DNA of 63,883 bases, counting the filler, from Hyphochytrium catenoides (lineage: Eukaryota > Protista > Hyphochytriomycota), in assembly GCA_900088475.1 (NCBI GenBank). It is 5 parts of 5 records of this genome, joined end to end, with 100 filler letters (N's around TTAATTAATTAA, not from the genome) between each part and the next. Parts side by side here need not be neighbours in the genome. Positions count along the whole stretch, not along the records: positions 25,340 to 55,991 come from FLMG01002279.1; 4 more parts are not named here. One strand, given 5' to 3'. This document shows, one piece after another, positions 34,701-45,800 of this stretch. How positions within the stretch are numbered: position 1 is the stretch's first letter; every line of letters begins with the position of its first letter. Made by a program: the position numbers and the translations under genes. The notes beneath the pieces are model-generated. The model had not been told where the DNA came from. It saw only the letters and a list, made by a program, of their open reading frames with translations, and did no database searches.

Positions 34701-37700
34701 TCTTTCCTGCACATTGCCGGCAGTAGATACCAGGAACCTGAATAGGAAGAAAGGTGTCAACGGGATCTGCTGAAAAAAGAAAGTAGAAATTTTTTAGTCA
34801 TTGCACGACAATCATAACGAGTAAGCAAAGAGATGCTCAACTGGGGAATAGAGATGGCGGCCAGAAGGCAGATTGTCTCACTGCAGAGATACTAGTGGCA
34901 GCTTGAGTAACCTGATTACAGGTGTACAGATGGTTAAGGGTAGGATGCATCGTTTAGAGAGATCGGCCAGCTAGGAGGGTAACGGTGGTGAGGAGGCCCA
35001 CGTAAGTTGTGACGTATCTTACCCAGAGATCAGAAGAACCGGTATCAAAGATAACCTGGAACATCTCCCCGGCGTCCCCTAAGGAGACGTTCCCCACAAA
35101 TTGGAAGCTAAAGAAGTTCTCTAAGGCTATCGTCTCGCGCACTTGGAAGGCTGAGTGGTGAGGAGTCGTCCCAGTGATTGGTGAGCACGGGCTGATGGCG
35201 AGTCAAGAAGATGGAATATAGGCTAAATATGGTCTTACCCTCCGTTTTAGTGGGCATGACGCTGGAAAGGAGAGCTCCTTTCGGGCTCTGAATGGCTTGC
35301 AGAGGGATGTGCAGGAGACTAGGTGTTTGTCCTTCGTTTTGACCTTAAGTGAGAGCAAGTCAGGAAGTGGAGGCAGAAGAGACTACTAAGGCTTGAGGGA
35401 TCAAAAGCAACCTTTCTGGAAGTGTGACTCCAGCCTCACTGTCTTAAAGAGCCAACTTAAGGGTGATTGTAGAGAGAAGGAGGGGGGAGGACTAGTCCCG
35501 CATGTTTGATCTGGAGGACAGAGGAAATGAAGACTCCTCTTTCCCACATCAAAGACGGTGTAATACTCCTTCAGGAACACATCGCCTAATATCCACAGGT
35601 TCTGACGGCGGAAGATATCATAGATAAGCGTGCTGGTCGTCAATAGATAGAGGTATATCGGAGAATCTTGTTGAGCCGTCAGAGGAGCATCAGAAGCATG
35701 GACTCTAGCTGGAGGAAGCCTGATAGTGTGGAAGACTGATGTAGACTCAGTCGGCAAAAGCGGATAAGAAAAGAGGCACCCGGGTGCAGCAAGCTCGAGA
35801 CAAAGCTAAATAGTTGACTTCAGTATGCCAAAAGAAACGAGCCTTGCCTGCATTCCGGCACTGGCAATCATCAGCTGGCAGTAGTGCTGGTAGCAAGACG
35901 TGTAACTTTGCCCTGACAGAGTAATAAAATGTCCGCCGCTGAATGTGAGTCGCAGAGGGGGAAAGTCCCTGCCTGTGAGGACGGAATCAGTAATAAATGA
36001 GCATCACCACCATGCTCATCTTTCTAGGTGAGATGGCCTTCAGTCCTTAGTAAGAGTCATACGTCCTTCCGGCTATCTATTTGCCTTGATTGTCACCTAT
36101 CTCTAGTGTCTTTATCATTCGTCAGAGGCCATTGCTCCTATCTCACCTTCGCATCCCATGCAGATGTATCCCCACATCGTGTACCTGCATTGGCACCTTT
36201 GGTTCACGGACCGGAGCAGAGCGCGATAGGCACCCGGAGGCAGAGCTAAAAGGGAGGTGCCAGTATCAACTATGGCATGAGCCCCTGGAGTGCCAAAAGT
36301 AAATACGTCTTAGGCAACGTCTATAGGAGCTGAAAGACCGCAGTGTGATATCGAGGGGTTGAGACTGGGGTTCGCTGATAGAGGAAGAATAACCCTATGA
36401 TCCACCGATTGGTTTGCACCTCAGTCTCGCGAAATTAAAATAAGAAAGCGAGAGAGGACCAAAGAGCGAGAAAAGAAACAGCTGCCTCTCATTCATGAAA
36501 ACGTCGAATGAACTTCTAGTCAAGACAGAAGGTGCTACCATTGAGAAGAGGACATAGAAGTGCCTGAAAATGACTATCGCGCTTCAAACTTACCTGGACG
36601 ACATAAGCTGACGGATCCATAGACGCATTCTTGCATTTCGACCGCCCAAAATGTCAGCAGACCAAACACTGGGGTGATTGGGACCGAGAGCCATTTGCTT
36701 CCTTTCGGAACGCGAGAGGGGTCATACCCTCCAAAAGCTAGCTCTGAGCCCTGAGAGTTTGGCTCCTTTGATAGAAAGAAAGAAAATTCAGGAGCAAGAG
36801 TAGGATATTCCTCCAAAAGTCGTGAGAAAAGGGTGGGACGAGTAAACCTGTGAACAGATGGAGCGATAGTTATACAGAGCAGCCACGCCATCTGTTGGGA
36901 AGAAATCTAAAGGATTCAGGAATTAAGGCGGGATAAAAATGAGGCCTCCGGACGGAGCGGCTTACAAATAGAGATCAGCTCCTTGCAGAGTGATAGGGGA
37001 ACCATTCGAAGCTGTAATGGGTTTGGCGAACTTAGGATAAGCTTACTGAGCTAGAGCTTCAAAGGCCATTCCCGCAATCCCATCAGCTCTCATTGCGACG
37101 AGAGGACCGCTTTCATAGGTCGCCACCCCAAAAACAGTGCTTGGGATCTCATACTGTCCAAGGTGGACTGTATCTCTCGCAACAAACCCCACACTATCTC
37201 CACTTCCATAAGAGTCCTGAAAGGTTATAAGACGGCGATCAGGAGTAAAGGCAACCTCCAAAGAAGACGAATTCGATGGGAAGAAGCGATGTGTCCCGGC
37301 ACAAGTGGTGCACATAACACCTGGGACCTGAAATCAGGGGGGCAAGGAAGAGAAAGTCAGATCATAGAGGCACGCTGTGGCGTTCCATGGAAGCAGAAAG
37401 AACTTTATCAAGGTTCAAGGGAGCTGACTGCTCAATAAGAGAGGGATGATGTATGAAGTGTAAATTAGTGTATAGCAAATAGCAGAACGTTGTTATAGCG
37501 GCCTCGTCGAGAGGGTTCGCGAGGATAGCGAAAGGGACTCTTATGCAAACGGAGAACAAGAGGCTTGGAGCAGCGATGGAAGTCTTTGAGCCTACCCAAA
37601 GGTCGGAGGAGCCGGTGTCGAAGATGACTATGAAGGTCTGTGGAGGAGTTCCAAAGCTGATCTTGCCCAGGAATTGCAGCTCGTAGAAGTTCGTGAGATT

Positions 37701-37964
37701 GATAAAAGAGACATTGGCAGCGAGATTCAGCGAGTCCATCACTCCCTGTTCTTCTCCTAAGTTCGGACCGGTTGCGCCCTGCCATCTTTTGGGCAAGCCC
37801 CAAGCGTCTGGGTGCTTCCGTTGAGCTATGAGGGGAACTTGAAGCAGTTCACGGCTATTACGAAGCGTGGGACCAGCTGAAAGAGCACACTGGGCCAGAT
37901 AGGCCGCAGCTGTTAGTAGAGTTACTCCTAGAGGGCACCATCGGCCCGCTGGTACAGCAAGCAT
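25772..37964 (-). CDS. Signal peptide, four tandem pepsin-family (A1) aspartic protease domains, and a cAMP-receptor-like 7TM GPCR domain
   Basis: Catalytic Asp codons: D1 DTGS 37617-37619 / DTGT 36265-36267; D2 DTGS 35044-35046 / DTGT 33356-33358; D3 DTAS 32315-32317 / DSGL 31026-31028; D4 DTGS 29856-29858 / DTGT 28403-28405. Each domain has CxxC, a flap Tyr, G-h-h-G-[ML]-AF and a hydrophobic-LG motif. 7TM exons 27351-27707, 26678-26927, 26317-26473, 26085-26120 (or -26156) and 25772-25993 splice in phase. The D2-D3 junction (about 32430-32620) is the least certain. Confidence 0.82.
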
Positions 37965-39292
37965 GGCGCTTCAGCAGCTAAATGAGCCTCTTCCTGAAGT
38001 GAGAATCAGCATTAGGGTTGGACTGAAAGACTAGAAAGCAGCTCGTTGTGCCATTAAGAGCAACACTGACGATGGGTACAAGCTAAAGTTGGCCTCATTT
38101 ACAAGGCACCAGAGCTGGTAAGCGCCACAAAAAATCTATCAGCCTTGCCCTAGAGCTCACTTCATCTTGCTGCTCTTTCTTTATTGGTCAGCCTCTTCAC
38201 TATCTTGCGAAGATCTTGATCGGTGCTGCAGGATTCTGATGCCGCCACCGCTGGCCTTCCCTCCTGTCAACATCAAAAAAGAAAGATCTTCAATATCATA
38301 GTGATTATTTCTTTCTTTCCTTCTAATGTTGCTTCAGTCTGGAGAGTGCTGTCAAGTAAATGTATCGCTTCGGAAAAGAAAAGAATATACGCAAAATATA
38401 ATCTGAAACGTTCAAGACAACCTTGTTTGTGCTTCATCTTGTCGCTTATCCTTGAAAACCTTCCTGACTTGTTCGCCCGTTGGACCTATGTTAGGTATTA
38501 GTGTGTGTTGCCAAGGTAGACTTATTACATTGAATCCTACCTTTATATTACAAACAAGTCTTGTGCTGTCACCACTCAACACAAATCAGCCTTGGATTGT
38601 CGTATTACCCGACTTTACTGGATTGGTATCAATATAGCTCTTGAGTGTTACTACAAGGTGCTACCCCTTGTGAACCCTTGAATAATCTCGGTTGACCCTT
38701 GTCCAGTCTTTTCTTCCGTTCGAGGGTTCTACAAGACGAAGAAGTAGATAACTATGTTACCCGGATAGTCTGGATGAAAGGCCGCAGCGCACAAAGCTGT
38801 TATAAAAAGAAGAGATCTCTGCTAAAGGATCTCTTGCCATCTGGCTGATGATGATGGTGAGACTGTTCGCCACATTCTTATCATCATGACCTTCATCATA
38901 CAGCACTTCCTCGTCCTCGGCCTTCTCATGCTCTGCTGCTTCCGTTATTCAAGAAACCTCCTGTCTTCTTGCTAATCTCCTTTCTTTGTGCTCTCAGCTT
39001 TGTATAAAGAGGAACTCAATCTCACTGAACCCTTTCGTTATAGACAGCCTCCTAATCTCTAGCACTATACGAGGACTTGGACAGACATCAGTATCATGAC
39101 ATATTTCTAGAGCACAAGCTGAATCTCATGCTCTATTGACAGAGAGGAAGAAGGTTGTGAAAGCGCAAGAATCCAGCACAGCTCCCGCTGAAGTCTGGGT
39201 GATGATGACAGTGGAGGATGACTGGCCTATTAGATAGGGTTTAAGTCATTGAAGGGCAGTCAAGCGTGTGAATAAGAGCTTATTCAACAGTG

Positions 39293-40924
39293 ATGCAGAG
39301 CACGTCTAAAATACGTTCGCGACTGGCGCAGCAGTTGGGTCAGTCTCGAGTCTTAGAGGACCTAGAGAAGCAGCTGGAGGCCAGCTGCGAGCCGTAAGTC
39401 CTTCCCCGTTCACCCTTCAGAATTTCTCTATCCGCACATTCCGCCTTTGTTTCCTCCTATGTTTGTCCATATCGTTAGGCGCTTACCTTCTCCTATCGGT
39501 CAAGAGGCGAGCAGTAGCATCGCAGAGGTGCATTCTCTTGCTCTATTTTTAACTTATGTTTGTGGACGACTTGGTCAAATCTCTGCGTTCTTGTGCCTTA
39601 TAGCTCGGGTCACCTTTTGATGTGTCAGCCGACTCTACCGGATATCGTGGTGGTGCTTATTAGTGCTTTTTCTACAATACACCAGATCTCCCGAGGAGAT
39701 ATTGAATTCAAGGAGCATCAAGAACAATCTTACCGAGGAAGAGGGAGATAACAACGGAACGATTGATCCAGATCTTCTCCTCTCTGCGAGAGACCTTCCA
39801 TCTGTTTCTTACTACCAACTAGAGGAGAAGACAGCGCCAAAGGATGGAAATAACAAAAACAGCGAAGTAGAGCACGAGCTGGAGAGCTCCTCCACCTTCC
39901 TTTCTTCTGAAGCTGATCTGGAGGAAAGCATGAACGCGGTTTCTTTGTGTCGAGACCTGGAGCAATCCTTGCACTCTCTGGCTAATGAGCTTGGTCACGT
40001 TCAGTTCAACGAAGGTGAGCCTCCTTCCCAACCTTCTCCTTTCCTATCCTGCCATGGCGACGGTAGGCCGTTGGCCTCCATTGGCTACATTTACGTTGTC
40101 TGACTCTTCTGTCGCCCATCTCATAGCCTTCTAAACTCATTGTGGTGCTCGGTCACTTTCTCACTACGTGGACTTTAATCTGACAGCACATGTAGTATCC
40201 TTCTCTAGAGTACACCTTTCGTGCTTCTCTTCGGTTTTCGTTCTGATGGCTCCATACTTTGTTCTATAGGCGAAGAAAACGAAGAACCGCAGCAACTGTC
40301 GGGAAGGATGGAGAAAGAAAGAGGGCCAGAGAGAGTAGGGGCAATTGATGACAACGAACTGCTCTCTGTTTCAGCCTTGATCACGCCTCGTGGGAGAGAC
40401 AAAGAATCTGCACAGCCAGAGCGTCGTCAATCTCGTACTCCGCGGGTACGTTTTGCTTGATTTCAGGAGTTCGAGGGTAGATTATTTTTTCTCTAGGCTT
40501 CTTTCGTATGCCGGTGCACCCATACTTCTCACCAGCCTACTTTTGCGTAACATGTTGGCCTTACGTCTTCTCACTGGACGTCTCACTTTCTTGCGTTCTG
40601 TAGATGCTAGGAGAAGTTCGAACGCGGAGCTCAACTGAAGTTGACATGAGAAGAAGGCGGTCTCCGCTGTTGCAAGATCTCTCCTCGTCTCACACTAATA
40701 ACAACAAAGATGGAGAATACGAGGAATTTCGAAGAGATGGAGAGGCTACAAGACTAGCCTTCCAGCCCTCTGACTTCACTGCTTCTCTTAATCTCTCCCT
40801 GCTCGCCAGCGTCAAGGCTTCTGATGCATCCACTGCATCCAAGTTGTGGACTCCGCAAACAAACAGTGCTCGTAGGCTTTCTGCGCGCTCTTTGGACGCT
40901 ATTATTGACAAGGCCCATGCGTGA
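39293..40924 (+). CDS. Hypothetical low-complexity protein (4 exons, about 310 aa)
   Basis: ATG at 39293 (MQSTSKIRSRLAQQL); exons about 39293-39393, 39685-40014, 40270-40445, 40604-40924 with canonical donors (GTAAGT, GTGAGC, GTACGT) and matching phases. No family recognised. Confidence 0.6.
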
Positions 40925-42867
40925 GAGGAATCAGAAGATACGAGCCCCTCGAAAGCTGCGGCATGAAAGAGATTAATCACTGCCTCTCGCAAGGTTTGTC
41001 CAGGATATTGAAGTAAGGAAGGCGCCTCCTGGTAGAGTCTCTCAGACCAAATTGCTACGATTTTTGATAACGCTTCACGATCGCTGTTGAGGCTACTGCA
41101 TTATCAGGGAGAAACTATTCGGGACAAAGGGGAAAGCATTACCAAGTCCCTCTCGTTGATCCGACGTTCAACTTGAACGGGCTCCTTATATAACAGCCTT
41201 GTACAGATCCATGTTGGTGGCTTTCAATAGTCTTCAGTTATGTCCTTAAAAATGGCAGACGATTTTTAAGTTCGCAGATGGTGAAGCCTTTCGTGAGCTC
41301 CAGTACCCGCTCAGAATCAGTAATCTAGCGCTGCTTCTATCCTTTCATAGCTATGGAGGCGAGGCCCTATGTCCATCGTCTGCGTACGGACAAGAATTGG
41401 CGAAATGGCTCTCAAAGGCCATGAGCGTGGAGGCTTGGCCACAGACTGCCAGCTTAATAGATCGTGAGAGGTGTTTGTGCAACGGGGTCTAGGGAAGGTT
41501 CTCCATAAATAGGTTCTACGAGGCACTCTTCTCAGACACCATGTTCTATTTTACAGCACGGCCTTTCTACCCTTTCGCTTTCTGTGCTGGTGCCATTGTT
41601 CCCTTATACTGAACCCGAAGAAGAACCGAGGCTTGGAAGAATGTGGCTGCCGCTGGAGAGACAATGGCAGAGCCTCTGATGGCCGCTGCGCCGATGATTT
41701 GCTGATGAAGCTGCTTGTCAGTAGTGCAGTGGGGTTGTGCAGTCTCATCAAGATCCAGAGATCTTCGAACTTCGAACAATCTTTCAGCCTTGTGCTGCAG
41801 GTGTGAATCAAGACTGGACTCCGCTCCTATCCTGAATCATTGTAGTGATTATCTTGAATAATAGTTGGGCGTTGCGACCCAAGACCCAAGCCTTGGCTGG
41901 TCTTCCATCAGTCTGCTTGCTGTCCGTCCCCGTGGTTTGTGGTGCTGCTTGTACAAAATTTCCCCACTTTCGGGTCCACAAGAGGAAAGCTTCGGGGAAA
42001 CGTTCGCAACCACTACTTATTAGGGGGGAGTTGAAGCACTTGAAATAAACGAGCGAAAGAAATAAAGGAAGAAGATAACAGTTTTTGCTTCGATCTAGGA
42101 GGTCGCCACTCTTGCTTCGCTCTGTCTGTCCACATTCTCCTTTTTCCTCTGTCTTTACCTCTGTCTCTCTCTCATTCTGTTCTCTGTCTCTCATACCCTT
42201 TCCCTTCCTCTCTATCTGTCTGTCTCTCCCTCTCTGTGCTCTCTCTCTCTCCTCTCTGTGTCCGTGATTTTCCTAACTTTTTGGCTCTTGCGTCCACTGA
42301 GGAAGACATCACTGTCGCATGTCTCTCTCCTCTGTCTAGTTTTGGGCTTAGATCTAAGCTTCTAGAGCCGTAGTTCTTCCGTCTCTGTCTCGCTCTGGCC
42401 CTTCTTGCGCCTCCTGCTGTACAGTGAAGAATATTAGGCTTGTGTCCTCTGGCCATTGGCCTGCTCTGCCGATCTTTTTCTCCGCAGCACCCCTTCGCTG
42501 GCTCTGGCTGCGGCGTGTTCCTACCAAGGCTTCTCTGCCTTTCAATAGTCGCCCGCCTGGCCAAGAAGGCCGTCAGACGAGGATTGCCATGAGAGGACTC
42601 TGACAGAGCATTCAGAGAGACGCAAGGCCGCTGCTATCCTTGAGAACAGTTAGTCTTCGACGGGAGAATGAAGCAAGGCTGAGTTGAGCAACTCTAACTG
42701 GGTCTTCTTTGGGGGAGGCACCATAGCGGAAGGAGCGAGACGGCGGACCCAGAGGGCAGGATCCTCCGTTGGAGGACGCAGAGGGCAGGAACCTCCGTTC
42801 GAGGCAGAATATTTGAGACAGGAAAGAGTAAAAGGAGAACAGAAGGGAAATCGTCTGCACTGGAAAG

Positions 42868-45800
42868 ATGCAGTGCATGATGACCCCAGCCAAACGGCGC
42901 ACCCTTCACGGTGCAGCCAAGCGACCTCGCGTCTTGGGAGAGGAGAACCGGCAGGTGGGGCAGCGCATCTCTGTGAAAGGTGCCTCAGTGCACCTGACAG
43001 AGGGTATGAAGTGCTTCTCTAAGGACAAGCCGAAGAAAGCAAAGTATATCAACTCTCCAAGGGCGACGATCAAAGGTCAGTAGCGAGACACTCCTTCCAG
43101 AGCCTTTCATTATCCTTTGGGGACGTGTTTGTTCTCAGTAATCTACCCGGCGTTGTTTCGCACCGACTCCCCTTGCTTCGGCTTCCTTCTCCTCGCTACT
43201 CCTTCGATAATTTGCATTGTTCAGAGGCCTTATTCTCTCTGTTGCCTTCGCTCTCCATCGGGATGTCCACTCTCCTTAAAGATATCATGCCACCGCAATG
43301 TCTGGAGCAAGTGCTCCTCAGGGTGACGTCTCCCTATCACATTCCGTTTTAAGTGACTGATATAGCCTACCTTCGACGCTCTTTCAAACCATATGAAAGT
43401 CAACCGTAACCTTAACCCTTATGATTTTTGGGTCCGCTCTCTTCTCGTCTCTGTTTGTTTGCCGCCCAGATGGATTCTACTGGCTTCAATCGCTAGGACT
43501 TGGGCCCCTTTGCTTTCTGGGCTTTGTCTGCTATAATCTCCTGGTTTTGGGCTTCGGTCTTGGCGTATTAGCTTGTGGCTCCGATCCGATGTAAGTCTTA
43601 GGAAGAGTAGCGGAGTAGAATGTCCCCAAAATTGAGGCGGCATACTTTGGATGAAATGACGGCGAGATCAAATGAGCACGAGAGCTGTTGATGAGATCGC
43701 TCCGCGAGGCAAAGGGCCGAGATGGGCTCGATCAATCAAATCCAAAGGAGCTTAACGTCGTTAGGGAAGCAAGATATAGCTTAACTCTGGGAAAGGTTCG
43801 AAGAAAGTTGAATAAGAAGGAGGGGAGGACAGATCCCCTTGAGAGGCATGAAGAGTGGAGCAACCCTCATTCTAGACTCACTCTCCGTCCACAGCAAAAA
43901 CTTTTGGGACGCCTACAATATGTCCTTCCAGACGTTTGCAACAATAGGTTAGTCTGGTGGACATCTTTCGCTTCTCGATCCTGACTTCTCCCGCTCTGCT
44001 CCTGCCCTCTTGTCAAGGAGCCAGCTCTATCTCTTTCTGAGTCATCATAGGGTCTATTTCATCCACACACGACCTTTTCCTAAGTCTCTCGTATCTATAG
44101 GCTATGGATATCTATACCCGTCTGACGAATGCAGCAACATTGTAATCTCAGTGGAGTCGACGGTCGCAGTGCTCTACGTTTCCTTTTTCATTGGCGTCGT
44201 CTTCGCGAACGTCACTAGACCAACTGCAGCTATCCAGTTCAGCGAGGTATTCTTCTCTTCGTGATGGACCCCCTTCATCTCTCTTCTCTAGGTCTTCTCC
44301 CATGTTGAAGGGGGAGTACGTAATGAACTCTCATGCTGATTAACATGTGTTTGCGCGGAGTTTCTCCTCTACCAGTACCTGAGATGGCCTAGCCCTTGTG
44401 ACATCCTGATGCTAGGAAGAGCTGGCTTTCTCGGGGGAAACACTCAATCTGCCTTTGTCTTCTATCTTGCCCTATCGCCTCCTAGCGTCACCTACTTCTT
44501 TTATCTAACAGGGATGTCTTTGATGTCGGTGCCTAACATCCAGGTCTATACAATGTCCTATATTGGTGGCAAGCTCTGTATGGTGGTTCGTGTTGTGAAT
44601 TGTCATTTGTCTCCCCGCTTTCACAACGGAGAGCTCATTGAGGTAGATTTCAAGATGAAAGTGAGCCGCCTAGAGGTACGATAGGATATATGGATTCATT
44701 CTCATTGCTCGGCGCCTACCTACCTTTCGCTGTCTATGAATTCTATGCTCTCTCCCCTTCTTTCTTTCTTGCCTGACAGTTCCTGGTCCTCATCAGATCT
44801 TCGCATCGTCCTTTCGTTTTCGTCGTTTCTTTTTTCTCCCCATAAGCGCGACGATGGTGGTAATCTCAAGATATACAAGTACAACTTGAAGCTTCTGAAC
44901 AACAGCTTCCTGACTTTTAGGTGCGTAGAGCGTGGCGGATCGTCTTTGCTGCTGTTATTGTCTCATCCCGCTGTAAGAAGTTGTGGAGAGGGGCCATAAG
45001 AATAATTACCTCCCTAACTCATGTCTGGTTGCTATTGGTCTTTCCTTTCTGAGGTCTTTGTCCCTAGGCATCTGTTGACCTCTAATCTGTCTTCCTCGTT
45101 GTCCTCAGGACCTCGCTGTGGTTGGTACATCCTATTGGAAAACAGAGCCCTTTCTATGGAATGTCAGAGGAGGTAAGGGTACATATTGCTTAGGATACGA
45201 AGTTTTCTGTCCTCTGAGTCTGCTGACGTTCTTCATGACAGACCTTCAAGAAGCAAGATATGATGATTGAGGTTATCATGACGGGTAACGCTTGCATCGG
45301 ACGCTTTTTCTTTGCCTCTTGGATTTCGTGTTGTACCGCTTGTAGCTATTTTCCTGCTCACCCCTGCTCTGCTCCAACTTTCTCAGTTCCCTGACCATTC
45401 CTCGTACCATCCTCTAATTCCCACCCATCTAGGAGTCGACCTCACTGTTCAAGACACCGTGGCCCAGATGCACACATATTACCCGGAAGACAGTAGGTGG
45501 CATCAGCGGTAAGAGACCGAGTAGCTGCGAACGCTGCATTGTGCCGCCTTTGATTCGGGCTCCGTTCGTAATCCTACCCTCAATGGGGTACTCAGACCGT
45601 CTGCATCCGCGCTTCTATTCTGTCACCTTCGACAGTCTGTGCGTTCTCATCTCTTTCCTTCCGCGTACTCGGACTAACTTCATCTGGCCTTAGGTTCGTC
45701 CGCATGGGAAGCTTTTCTCTCAGGGGTAGGGAGATAATTCAAGACTTCTCCAAGATTGACGTATTGGAGGCTGCACCGTTGAAAGGACAGCGAACCACGT

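Noticed and set aside
38100-39250. Possible degenerate transposon or gene remnant (acidic stretch on the minus strand near 38820-38940)
   Set aside because: No transposase motif, terminal repeats or sustained reading frame could be identified.
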